Below, piece by piece: positions 14,240 to 27,176 of a stretch of DNA of 64,000 bases (position 1 is its first letter; each line of letters opens with the position of its first letter). The notes beneath the pieces were generated by a model, which saw only the letters and a program-made list of their open reading frames with translations, did not search any database and was not told where the DNA came from. This DNA comes from Veleropilina oligotropha (lineage: Eukaryota), in NCBI GenBank assembly GCA_048128005.1, contig JBEUKZ010000112.1, forward strand, positions 496,001 to 560,000, in the 5' to 3' direction. Both the position numbers and the translations under genes were made by a program.

Positions 14240-15397
14240 CCGGTGTTCCGATCCAAACGACCTACCTTGAGAGAAGCGACCTAATTGCTATACTTTATCA
14301 TACAGAGCGGTGCGCACTCAGCCGTGGCCGTAATGCACCTTAGGTAATCACTCTCGAAAATACCACAAATTGAAACTTCTTTTTAGTATTGTTATAATGA
14401 ACCAATACCGTGAAAAATTATATTAAATGAAAGATGGTAAAGAGATAATTCCAATTATCGAATGAAAATGATCAAAACATATAATGATATAAATGGAAAC
14501 GAACTTTGCTTTCGATGCTCCGACGATATATTAGCAAATATGAAGATTTCGCCAAATCGCAACAATATTACTTTAGTTAGACCATTTTAAAACTAATGAA
14601 AATCATTTTAACTGTACGAAAGAGTTCTTAAAAAGACAATTTCCATTTGTAAGTATGAACCTTGAAAGTTGTCGAGAAATTAGTGTTAACGAAGTTTACT
14701 TTCGGTGCTTTAACTAACGTACTCGAGTCGTGCGCATGTTGGAGAAATACAGCAATTATAAACTTTTTTAAACTATGTTACAACATGCCAACACATAACA
14801 TAATTTCAGTAGTGAAAGATGATGAAGACATAAGTTCATTTATCGAATGAAAATGATTAAAATATATAATAATATAAACAACAAGAACGACGCGTTCGAA
14901 ATATGTCTTGACCTTTCTTTATTTCCCTCAAATTTTCATAACAGTTAGTACAATGGCTAAGTGCAAGTACTTCATGGCTTAAATTACTACCCCGTCGATT
15001 ATGACGTCACCAAATGACGATTAATATAAAGCGACGTCATAATGACGTCATTGCTATTTGCTTGCAATATTAGACATCAGTTACATACGAATATGGATAA
15101 AAGTGCTCAATAAATGCATATTTTTGCAAAATTGTGTCGCGAAAGTTATATACACGACCTACAAATACTCTTGGGAATGTGTGTACCAATTTTGGTGAAA
15201 ATTGAGCGGGTAGTTTTCAAATAAATCGACGGATATATATATATGTATATACGTGTATATATATATATATGTATATACACACGGACCATTTGATAATGTC
15301 TTGTCCTTTTTTACAAAAAGGTCAAGACATAAAAATGATTACCTAGGCCAATTACCTAGGTCGGTTTTCGGTTAGGTCGTTTGTCTCGGAACACCGG
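14240..15397. mobile_element. Non-autonomous TIR element with CCGGTG ends
   Basis: ccggtgttccgatccaaacgaccta versus the reverse complement of the right end, ccggtgttccgagacaaacgaccta (23/25). No TSD seen. Confidence 0.7.
14880..15335 (-). mobile_element. HINE-like (Helentron-associated) non-autonomous element
   Basis: Perfect 15-bp subterminal IR tatgtcttgaccttt (14902-14916 / 15317-15331), terminal hairpin plus A-run, and an internal (TA)n microsatellite. Confidence 0.7.
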
Positions 15398-17453
15398 CTC
15401 TGATTCACTCGCTTGAATGCAGTGTCTAAACAGGAGATTGTTCGAATCCAAGGTGGGGCAATGCATCTGTGACAGTGTCTGTTTAGTTATCAGTCACAGT
15501 TGCCCGTAACTGGTCGGTGACGGCATGTTTACCAGGGCGACTGGGGTTTCCACAAGCGATAATACGATTTGTTTTTATGAATTCGCGTAGGCGGCGCGCG
15601 CGGAGCGTGATCCTGACGCGTACATCAAAGCCGACTGAAAATGCCAGGCATTTGTTTTGTTTTTCGGTGAACTTCAGTAAATTTCAATAAAGACCCCACA
15701 TATATCTTCATTCAAAGCGTTTTGAAATATTTAATAACACAATTTTGAAAAGGGCACTTGGAAAATATTTAATAACACAATTTTGAAAAGGGCACTTGGA
15801 AAATTAAGGGGGGGGGGACGGGACCCCCCCGTCCCCCCCCCTGGATCCGCCCTTGGGTGACGGCTTTTAATCCATCCCTTCTATTAGTTTAAAGTGTTAG
15901 AATAAGCCTCCCTGGAGCGGGAGTCGGACCCACATCCTCCTGGCCCACATAACGTTTTTCCAACGCTCTACCTGGTACCAGATGAGCTATCGAAGATAGT
16001 TGCGTTCTGATGGCCGTACACGGAATGAAAATACAATCGTGAATTGAGAGCAATGCTCAATCGTTATCCAATTGGTCGCCAGAAACCACTACTACTACAT
16101 TATTAATGACACTTGGTAATAATAAACTTTTGCGTTTTATTTGCACGTAGGTGTTGATAATAGTACAGAATGCCTTTTGTGGGAAAATGTTTCTTATACG
16201 ACTAAGATAAAGCATTTAATTGGAAACAACTACTCCATTTTAGGGCAAATTCTGGAGAAAAATTTATAAAATTTTAAAAGTGTGTTACTGGTACCAGACT
16301 CCTCCATTCTGTTAACACAGACCCGATTGCAATACCTTCTCCCACCACTACGTGGGCGAAGGTAGTAACAGCTAAACATTCAACAATGCTCCAGGGTATA
16401 CATTAGTTAATATTATAATAATTTACTGAGTGTAAAAAGACAAACAACTATATTACAAGTACATTCTTACATAACGATATATATGTTCACACATGTTTCG
16501 AATGCCAAGATAAAGTACACAACACAGATAATGGTACTAAGTTGTAATCTACAGGGCCAGATAATACATGCACACATCTAATCACACATATTTGGTGTCC
16601 TTAATATGACATAAGCAAGATTATACAAATCACAATTTGCTTCAATGTTTTTAACCTGTTTGAGGGAGAACACTACCTACATTGTTGTCTACAAATAAAA
16701 TAATCAAGTCAATATGCCAGGCATAGTTAGATTGATCATGAAAAAATATATATATATATATGCATGCACATAAAAGCATAGCATAGAATCGCTACCAATT
16801 AGACCATATATGATATCATTGTGTGGAGGCCCCGACATAAAGATATATCAGACACAGCTAACATAATTATACGACATTTCCTAGCTGAAGAATAACATTA
16901 TATCTTTGCAGTAAATCTACAACGAAGATCATCATATGTGCTCTTGTGTTGGGTTTTGGAAGATAACAACCACTTTTGGACATAATTTTGTTTTTTTCGC
17001 AGTAGGGTCTTTATCCAATCAGATCAATGGACGGTGCGTGCAATGGAGATGGCATTTTATTTATGAAAATCCTGGGCACGGTCCCCTGGTTTTGAAGCAT
17101 TAACCCTTGGCATTGTACACCAGTGTCAAATGCATTTGGCTATGCAGAAAGGCATGAAATGGACAGAAAAGAGCTATATTTCCTCATAATCAATTGCAAA
17201 AGAGTCGAGCAACACACTCTTCCATTGGCAAATAATCACACAAAGACACAGATTCTGGAGTGGCATGGTTATGATTAAACACAAGAACCTGAAGTATATA
17301 AAACCATTTTATGACGTCATTCTCTTGTCATGGCCCGTGGTCTAACAGGCTGAGTTAGACCACGGGGGACTACTTTCATACACTAAAAATGGGTGTATTA
17401 GGTTATTAAAATCACATATTTTAAATTATTTTAAACTTTTGCAATGGTTTAAG

Positions 17454-17584
17454 TAGGTTATATCACTCGGTTTGTGTTATCTAATCGGAAAAGCCTGCGC
17501 AGTTAATCAAATCGGCGCTTCGCGCCTCGTTGATTAACTGCAGGCTTTTCCGATTAGATAGCACAAACATCGTGTTATAACCTA
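17454..17584. repeat. ~130-bp imperfect palindrome, probable DNA-transposon terminus
   Basis: taggttat...tctaatcggaaaagcctgc...ggcgcttcgcgcc...gcaggcttttccgattaga...ataaccta. A second hairpin lies at 17333-17365. Confidence 0.7.
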
Positions 17585-17640
17585 GTATACATAATAATAG
17601 CTCACAGTCAGTAATGAAGGCATCTGCAAAACAGTTCATA

Positions 17641-18414
17641 TACCAATAGTCAATGAAAACGCACCAAACATGTACTTTATGTCATATCTTTGCAATTAAT
17701 TCATCCATGATCATTATTTTTCATATTTGAAAACTTTGTTATCTATGCGATCGTTTGATCATGCTTTTCCAAGTTACAACGCCCCAATGAGTTTCCAATG
17801 ACAGTTTTGTCAGGCCACCCTCTGGTGACAAAGTTGAAAATTGTGACCAAATGCCGAGAAACCGCCTGCCCAATGCAATAGTCCGTTCATAGCACATTTG
17901 AATAAATGAAACACTATAAAATACAATTTCTCAATGACAATATTACTGTGAAATAACATGACTTTTAGTATGGAATGTGGCCATCGAGCTTCTACACACA
18001 CCAATTGACGAGAGACGTTGCTGTGCAGTTGACCGAATTATCTGCTGTGTAAAACCTGCTCCGAAGAAAACGAGGGCTTCTTCTAGGGCGAATAGTCCGA
18101 TTTTGGGCAGGTATTGTCACCTGTATTCTGCCCGGCCACGGTCGGTCGTTAACAGATCCAGAAGCCTGGTAGCTTTGCACTAGTCGTGTGATGGTGGAAA
18201 CGGATTATCCTAAATTGCAACTTTGTCAGCGGAGGGTGGCCTGACAAAACGGTCATTGGAATCACAATGGTGCATTACAGCTCGGTAAAAGTCTTATCAA
18301 GCGATTGTACACATATCAAAGATTCAAAATATGAAATATTTTGATTGTAGATTAATTAATTGCAAATATATATAACATACAATATGTTTGGTGCGTTTTC
18401 ATTGACTATCGGTA
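17641..18414 (-). mobile_element. Tc1/mariner internal-deletion derivative
   Basis: TA on both sides and long (~220 bp) imperfect TIRs (tacc.atagtcaatgaaaacgcaccaaaca; gttttgtcaggccaccctc). Internal remnants YQASGSVNDRPWPGRIQVTIPAQNRTIR (Tc1 N-terminus-like) and VCVEAR.GHIPY* (Tc1 C-terminus-like). Confidence 0.85.
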
Positions 18415-21400
18415 TAGATGACTCAAAAACCTCATAATGAATGGATTTCAATGAAACTTGAAGGAATTATTGCTCACGGTTATTAGATTAGTATACAAAC
18501 GTCAAATGGCAAGAAGGGCATGAAAAACATAAAAGGTCAAAATCTTCATTTATGGTAAAAGGGAGATAACTCCAAAAATAATACTGTATTGTTTTGAATA
18601 TTTCTTCCATACAAATGCAATTCCATCCGAATCCGCCACAGGATTATTGGTTATCAATTAATACTATAAGCGATGTATTATGTACTTAGCTGAGATTATA
18701 ATGCCTATTTTGCATTCATTTGGACATAATATCTTACAAATAATATATATCATCGAATATCTCGATATTGAAACAATAGAAATTTAATATCCAAATAATG
18801 ATGAATTCAATCTGTGAATGAGATTTTCCACAAAGAGTATGGTGCACTTGTTACATATACATAATGAAATATTAACTCAGCACCATCTGCATCAATATGC
18901 CTTTAGAAATAGATTATTCGTTCATAATCCACTCTACGGTAAAACACACATTTCATTCAGATAGCAAATAAGCTTTTGTTGTATGTACGTAACAAAACAA
19001 ATGTCAAGAAATCATTCGAACAGAGGAGAAATAACAAATATGAGACCCATTAACATGAATGTCATTTAGTAAATAATGCTTTCAAATTTTGTCCATTTAT
19101 ATAGTAACCTTGAATGACCCTGATTTTGCCAGTGAAGGTGCTGTTTGATGTACACAAGTAAACCTTATTGGAGGATACGTTAATTCTGTGCACACAATGG
19201 CTGCCGTATTAGCCCTCAGATTAGCGGGGTCATGGCGAGGATCACCATGTACTTCCAAAATTCCTGCCGACCATCAGAGGTACCTCTGAGCCCTGAAAAG
19301 CTCAGTCTAGTAACACCTGAGGTCAAGAATTTGACGAGATCCAACAGAAACAGGTGTGATCAGGATTCCTAGCCCCAATAATACGGTATAGAACTTTCAG
19401 CGAGGTTTAAAATTAAACACCCAGGAATTCAAACCGCTTAGGATAAACTATTATTTATATTATCTCCATATTGGGGTAAAGTGAGTTTTCATTAAGAAAA
19501 ATCAAAGCTCAGCGGATAACCAACATTATTTCAACAACACCATTTATTTGTGTCTTACGATCATTGCTATATATCCAAATGTTGTCTAGATTGTTTTCGA
19601 GAATTGCTACATCAATACACCATTAATATGTAAGATATCATGGTGTTAGTAAAACTTTTATGTCTTGCATGCATACATATACAGTGTGCTACTGCAATAT
19701 ATACTGTATGTGCATACAGCATACATGCATGAATATATGCACATGTATACAACCTTAATAGCATGAAGCATAGAGACAAACTGTAATGAAAGCGTACAAA
19801 GGTAACTGTGAGAAGCACAGGATTTAGGGATTATTACGGGCCTGAATATATATATAAATATGAATTTACAGGCCTTCAAAACACTTAAATGCAATAGCTA
19901 CCAGTAAACTGTGCATTTTTAAGTGGCCTCTATAATAGACTATTAATAATGCGTGTGACTGACTTTTGGGAACTAGTTCGATTTGCCCAAATTAGAATTG
20001 CAAATTATACAGCCTGGGGCTGATCTAGGCTTATTTTGTGCCCATTATATCGGGTTTGGGCGTCGAGAGTTTGGGCGCCCATACCGGAGAAAGTGAAAAA
20101 ATAAAACCAATGATTTACCAAATGCCTGCATTATCAATGTTAAAAACAAGCATGTTTTAAATTATGGATTTAACACTATCATTATTATAATGAAAACGTA
20201 ATTGTAATGTCACTTTATATTGACTCTGTATCAAAGTTACCTGTCTGTTTATTTATCAATAATCCTTTACAGCTGCAACTGACAGCAATATGTGGGCAAA
20301 TAATCACATTTTTTCATTGGAAAACTCTGAGTACTTCCAGTAAAATTTGGATTACTTTCTGTTTTATAGACAGACTGGTTTGCATGAAATTATCTCCCTT
20401 ATGTGTTAAGTCCTGTTTCACCAAAGTTATTTCAAAGACCATGAAATGACATGTCCCATCAGCAGAAAATGGTAAACTAGATAAATATATCACATAGCAA
20501 ATTAATTTTTTTATTTAGAAAGTAGTTTTATAGTGAAAATGGTACCTTAATTTAAAAACATGGCTATTTTATTTTATAAATCAAAAGATTTAACACGTAT
20601 TTTTATGGTAATCAATACATCAATTTGATAAAGTTAAATGGAATATCCAAATGTGTGATATTTTTAAATCAGCCCGGTTACAGGAAATTGCTTCTGAGAT
20701 GCATAGTATTTGTAAACAATTTCCTGTGCCCAAAATTGAAAGATATTATACCTGGCTTTCAAATATTCCTGGGCACATCCCTGAGTGAACATGGCATAGC
20801 AATTCAGGAATAATGTCTTTCATGCAGCCCTCAAATGAACAATACTGGCTAAATGATTTACATAACTTTATTGTATGTATTAAATATTACATTGATTTAT
20901 TAATAATTATGCTCATAATCCTGTAGTTTGTACCCACAATATGTCAAATACATACTGCTGCTACTCAATATTATTATGTGTAGCAATACTTGCTACACAT
21001 CATTTCTTAAGTAAATCGCTCACTGACAGGAATATGGATATATTGTGCTAGAGTGGACATCTCTGAAAGGGAGGCTCCTTCTCCTCTCTCCAACATAATA
21101 AGATACTAGTATGTGGGAGAAGTGTTACTTGTACAAAATTTATTAAGTTGATGGATGTCATATGCCATGAATTAATCAAATGGACTGTTATTACACTTTT
21201 TCAAGGTGATTATTGTCACAAAATAATTAAGACAATCAATGGTCTTAAGATATATTTAATAAGAAAAATAACGTCCACAAAATATAGAATACACAATGTG
21301 GCATATTAAGTTATATCACCCTGTCAAGTTATGTTACCTGAAAATATTGGAAACATAATATATGTTAACTGTCAAGAGTCAATTTTAATATTCATGAAGT

Positions 21401-21893
21401 ACCATATGATCAAATCTGTTATCTTGCTTCTCAAAGCATCTAAACTTCTGGCGCGTCGATGGTCACTAGTCTATTCTGAGCTCGCTCGCTTACCTATGGG
21501 GCCCCAAAATAAAACCCTGGATCAGCCCCTGACATCCCTTCTAATCAAAGCACTAAAGCAGTCGTAAAGAAAAAGGTTATCAGTTTTGCAAAATGAATGA
21601 TAATATTTAATTTCTAAGATGAAATTGATTCACGAAGTTGACGTCAATAAGACACCTAAATTAAATAAAATTTAAGGTCAACCCCCAGGAAATGTATCAC
21701 AACTATGCACAGCACCTAGTTTTATACGCTTAATTATATCAATTTGTGCACTGGATGTCAATAGCAAGTACAACATTAATAATTTGGTCGTGTTTAGTTG
21801 TGTTACAATTCATGCATTTCACCCAGACGTTAAGTTTTTGGTGATGATTTACAATTAACATGATTAGGCCTATTTATTTTGCTGTTCTTCATA

Positions 21894-23307
21894 ACTAGAG
21901 GTACGATCCTCATACAGGCCCGCCTTTTGGATATATAAATCCATAGAGAGGAAAATAATCAATAACTATTTATCTTCAAAGTGCCATCTGGAACGGAAAT
22001 ACACGAAAATGACCTTGACCTTTGACCCAGAGACTCCATTTTTGAACTTAACCAAGGCCTGATGTATACATGGTGCATACCCAAGATGAAAGCTGTAGGT
22101 CCAGCGGTTCATCTTCTATGTGACAGAAAGCAATCTTCGAAGTGCCAGAACGGAAATACACGAAAATGACCTTGACCTTTGACCCAGCGACCCCATCTTT
22201 GAACTTGGGCTAGGCCTGATGGTATACAAGGTGCATACCCAATATGAAAGGTGTAGGTCCAGCGGTTCGTCTTCTATGTGACAGAAAGCAATCTTCGAAG
22301 TGCCAGAACGGAAATACACGAAAATGACCTTGACCTTTGACCCAGCGACCCCATCTTTGAACTTGGGCTAGGCCTGATGGTATACAAGGTGCATACCCAA
22401 TATGAAAGGTGTAGGTCCAGCAGTTCGTCTTCTATGTGACAGAAAGCAATCTTCGAAGTGCCAGAACGGAAATACACGAAAATGACCTTGACCTTTGACC
22501 CAGCGACCCCATCTTTGAACTTGGGCTAGGCCTGATGGTATACAAGGTGCATACCCAATATGAAAGGTGTAGGTCCAGCGGTTCGTCTTCTATGTGACAG
22601 AAAGCAATCTTCGAAGTGCCAGAACGGAAATACACGAAAATGACCTTGACCTTTGACCCAGCGACCCCATCTTTGAACTTGGGCTAGGCCTGATGGTATA
22701 CAAGGTGCATACCCAATATGAAAGGTGTAGGTCCAGCAGTTCGTCTTCTATGTGACAGAAAGCAATCTTCGAAGTGCCAGAACGGAAATACACGAAAATG
22801 ACCTTGACCTTTGACCCAGCGACCCCATCTTTGAACTTGGGCTAGGCCTGATGGTATACAAGGTGCATGCCCAAGATGAAAGCTGTAGGTCCAGCGGTTC
22901 ATCTTCTATGTGACAGAAAGCAATCTTCGAAGTGCCAGAACGGAAATACACGAAAATGACCTTGACCTTTGACCCAGCGACCCCATCTTTGAACTTGGGC
23001 TAGGCCTGATGGTATACAAGGTGCATACCCAATATGAAAGGTGTAGGTCCAGCGGTTCGTCTTCTATGTGACAGAAAGCAATCTTCGAAGTGCCAGAAAG
23101 GAAATACACGAAAATGACCTTGACCTTTGATCCAGCGACCCCATCTTTGAACTTGGCCTAGGCCTGATGGTATACAAGGTGCATACCCAATATGAAAGGT
23201 GTAGGTCCAGCGGTTCGTCTTCTATGTGACAGAAAGCATCAGGCGACGGACGACGGACGGACGCCAGTACACGGCTATAGCCCTGCCTTTAGAAGGCGGG
23301 CCAAAAA
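21894..23307 (-). mobile_element. HINE-like element containing a 158-bp tandem array
   Basis: ACTAG end, subterminal IR ggcccgcctt (21917-21926) / aaggcgggcc (23293-23302), GACG microsatellite (23245-23263), terminal hairpin plus AAAAA. Confidence 0.8.
21972..23237. repeat. Tandem array, 158 bp x ~8, near-identical units
   Basis: Near-identical ORFs recur at 158-bp spacing. Each unit contains TGACCTTGACCTTTGACC. Confidence 0.95.
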
Positions 23308-24940
23308 TGGGTCAGTGTTCATTTAAAATTGGTCGTTGATATTTTTCTGGGCTACTCTGCTTTCAATATTAAAGAGATGTTTATTACCAATTGGACATTA
23401 CAATTCAAGCTACAAAAACGTCATAAGGGGGAACTAAATGTAGGAATTATTTTAAGTTCCATTGACCTGTTGACTTCAGATATTATATGATTAAATATTA
23501 ATAAAGATAATATGAAATACAGTGGTGTTGAAGTTGCAGGTATATTTATTCATAAATAATAATTTTGTTGCTTACAAATACGTACACCGCGACGCTCACT
23601 TTGAGTTTGACATCGACAGCGAAAGTGCAGGTGAGACCACGTGATGGGAACCCTTGATAAATCTGTCAAACTTACTAAATGAGCTGCAAAGTTATTTACA
23701 AAATGAATTATTTACAGTGTCGACTATCCGTTTGCTAGTAGAAACGAGTAGAAATGTGAGGACGACGCTCGCTGATGAAGGCACTAACATCATCGCTCAT
23801 AATAATATTCATGAGTTGTGCTATAAATAGATGCGAAATTCAAATAATTGCAGAATTCCCTTTCATTTCCGCTCAAATTTCCTTTGCAGAAACGTGATTT
23901 CGCTATTCTATATCGCTAGGAGTATACTTGCTCTTTTCTATTTTGAGAGCAGGGGGGATAACTCGGGGTAAGAGAGGGAAGAAATATTTACATGGCTGTG
24001 CGAAGTATATTTGGGAACGGTAACCGTAACTGATTAAATTCCAGTGGAAACCGATAATAAAGCATACTATTGGATGTTTGCGTTATCTATGTAAGTAAAA
24101 TATTCTCCAGCTGAGGCGCTTATACTATACCGGAATCAGCCGAGTGATTTCCATGAACGGTCCTGTAATGTTTTCATGTACAGTGAAATTAGCACGATTT
24201 CTGCTCGAAAACCAAATAACCACACATTAGAACAATTTCTGCAAGTATTTTTATTTATGCCGCCTTGACCATTTCCTTATATTCGACGGCGACGTTGACG
24301 TCATTATTCTAATTTGAGGTTGCAAATCACAATTAAGGCCACATAAGGAAACAACCATATTTGGAAACAACAGCACCTCAGTGACCTGGGGCTATTATCC
24401 TGTGCGGAAATAACCCCTGTGAAAACAGATGTAATTTACATCTATTCTACGATTAAAGAGACATATTTTTACTTTTTCGAATTTGTACAAACATAAACAC
24501 AAAAAGTTGGTGAAATATTTATATATAGGCTTACGAATACTTTTAGATGTGCCATAACCTAATTTGACAGATACATCGCTAATTTATATGCAATAAGCCA
24601 ATAGTGGGAATAGCCATGCAAATACGGCCGGTTTACCGACGCAGTAATTTCATTATTTCAAGCGCAAGTTACAGGTATTTTTGAAACAATTGTAATTCAA
24701 TGATACAGTGACAGTGTTTGTTACTGAATAGGATAATAGATATAGGATATTGCGTGTAAAGGAAACAAATTCTACTACAGAAGTTGTTGCTGCTTAAAAA
24801 TAGGATGGACAAGTGGTAAAAGTCACCTATATAATTGTCCAATGAGAGTCCGTAAAATGTAGATTCAGTGGAAAAACGCAAAACGTGGTTATACAATCTT
24901 TGCTTCGCACGATTGCAAAAATCCCATGATGAGCTTATAT

Positions 24941-25232
24941 CAGGGTTCATACACATTTCCAATGACTTTCAAGGAGCTTTTCAAGGACTTATTTTCGAAT
25001 TTCAAGGTTTTTTCTAACCCTAACCCTGGTTAGTCCACACTTCATTTTTATTTTACGACTAAAATTTATTCCACAACCCCCAGAGACACATTTTATTCGA
25101 AGAATATCAACAAAAAGAAAATTCAATGACTTTTCCAAAACTATCTGCCCAAATGCCAGATTTTCTATGACATCAAGGGCCTTGAAATGGCATCAATATA
25201 ATGCCATGACTTTCAGGACTTGTGCGACCCTG
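24941..25232. mobile_element. MITE with CAGGGT ends
   Basis: cagggt... / ...accctg ends, ttatat on both flanks, internal repeated tttcaagga motifs. Confidence 0.55.
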
Positions 25233-26034
25233 TTATATAATATTACAGAATCTTCAGCAACTGTGTTCATCCGTCTTGGTTGTCAGTTGTACCATGATGG
25301 TTAAGCCCACATTCATGAAAAAAGCTACTGGAACTCCTCTCACATACATTACTGACAACTCTAGTCACCTAAGGCTCTCATAAACAATGAACATCACTCC
25401 ATCATGCGAGTAACATCTGATCTCTGGTCAGGTAGTACAAGTACCCTAATCTGTTACTGTCGTCAATGTCGTGGGAGTACTGAAATTGCTAAAATGTTAA
25501 CTAGATTCCCCAGGTGATGCTGGGGTGTTGATATAGTAACATGCCATCACCTACAGCATACAGATCGAGCGGGTCAAGCATACCCATGAATGCAGTAACC
25601 CGTGTATTCCGCAAGACTTCACACGTAAATAAATAGATCATTAAATTGGGTGTTATGATGCCGAATTAATTTTGTGTCAACCGGAACACCTTGACGATAA
25701 TTTACATTTGAGCAATATATGATCCAGTGTATTGTATATGTATATAAAAATGCTTTCAGAAAATTCCGTCGTGCTCGTGTGGGTTACAGACCTCTTCTTA
25801 TATATCGAGTGTTGCTCTCATTTCACATAAGTATTCATTTAAATTGTCTGTACTCAGGCACACATCGCAAGTGAAGTTTCGGGACCAGTTAAATGTCACA
25901 GTAGTACTCAGGTCGTGCAGGTATATTTCACAGGACATTCTGGGATTTCCTTCACGATAATATTCCAATATAACAAAAGATTTTACACTAAAATTCAATA
26001 AATGTTTTGTTATCTATCTGAAGATCTGTTCTTG

Positions 26035-26226
26035 ATCAATCTACACAGGTAATACAATGAAATCAATCTACACAGGTAATACAATGAAATCAATCTACCC
26101 AGGTAATACAATGAAATCAATCTACCCAGGTAATACAATGAAATCAATCTACACAGGTAATACAATGAAATCAATCTACCCAGGTAATACAATGAAATCA
26201 ATCTACCCAGGTAATACAATGAAATC
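26035..26226. repeat. 27-bp x7 minisatellite
   Basis: atcaatctac(a/c)caggtaatacaatgaa. Confidence 0.95.
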
Positions 26227-26544
26227 GGTATATGAACTAATTAATTACAGTATATAGTCAAAAGTGGATGTTCTTAAATTATAGGAAGACAAACTTCCTC
26301 CTGTAAAATTCAGTTGGTGGTTTTCCTGCTGGAGCAGTGAAGGGGAGATAACTGGAATTAGACTAATACCATAATGCTGGCAGACAAACAGACATTTAAT
26401 ATCAACAAATATTGTCCGATGTCAGGAATGAAGTAGAGGTGAATTGAATTTAGATTGACATTTTTTAAACACAAAGGATTTGGTTTTCATAAATTTGTTT
26501 CTATCATGTTTATTATTGCGGAATCACCTGTATACGTAACTGGA

Positions 26545-26786
26545 TCATTTGATCATTTAATATTGTCCTAGCCAGGTCACGAATCATACCAGGGCATGTC
26601 CATTATCATGGGAGAAAATCCTGTTTGCATGGAGAAACCAGCTCTAACTGACCTGTTATGGACAACTGAGACTGTTAATTGAACATTGTTCCCAGCCAAA
26701 GATTCTAACCCATTCATGTTAATCAGGGCAGTCAGGCGGGTTAATTAGGAGACACACTCTTATCCATTACAACATCGATGTGGCCT
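26545..26786 (-). mobile_element. Degenerate SINE family A copy abutting the DIRS end
   Basis: cagggcatgtccattatcatgggagaaaa...ggacaactg...cacactcttatccattac...gtggcc matches family A. Confidence 0.6.
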
Positions 26787-26827
26787 AAAAATGAGGTTTT
26801 TAATTAAACCTAATATTAGTTAAAACA

Positions 26828-27027
26828 TACTTACGTCCTTACTCTTGCCATAATAGTCATATTATCGCCAACCGGAAACAGTGAATAAAGTCACATTTAG
26901 GCACTTATTAAGTCAAAACGTACTACGATTACCTCCCCTGCTCCCGCTCTCTAAGTTCCCCCGGCGAGATCTCGCCAAGTCTCGCGAGATATCCGAGCTC
27001 GAGATCACAAGACCTCAATTCAAAGTT
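26828..27027. repeat. DIRS 3' inverted terminal repeat (200 bp)
   Basis: Reverse complement of 33817-34016 with no mismatch seen by eye. Preceded by a unique terminal extension 26791-26827. Confidence 0.93.
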
Positions 27028-27086
27028 CAGAACCCCAAAGGAACTTAGTAGAGGGGAGGAATGCGAAACGCAGGGTGGGTAATCGT

Positions 27087-27176
27087 AGTAAGGACGTAAG
27101 TATGTTTTAACTAATATTAGGTTTAATTAAAAACCTCATATATAGTTACAAACTACTTACGTCCTTACTCTTGCCA
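27087..27176. repeat. DIRS internal complementary region (ICR)
   Basis: 27087-27139 is the reverse complement of 26791-26843, and 27139-27176 is the reverse complement of 33994-34031. Together they are a copy of the circle junction. Confidence 0.93.

Larger units (their letters stand above)
13769..15855. mobile_element. Non-autonomous TIR DNA transposon (hAT-like ends) carrying nested insertions
   Basis: Perfect 16-bp TIR caagggcggatccagg / cctggatccgcccttg. Flanking direct repeat ggtga (13764-13768 and 15856-15860), or gggtgac if the ends are shifted by 1. Confidence 0.8.

Noticed and set aside
19310..19360. Hammerhead-like arrangement acacctg...gaaacaggtgt
   Set aside because: Lacks the CUGANGA core, a proper stem II and the NUH site.
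22116..23109. Repeated 67-aa ORFs and a CRISPR-like look
   Set aside because: 158-bp tandem units with no unique spacers, no cas genes and a eukaryotic context.
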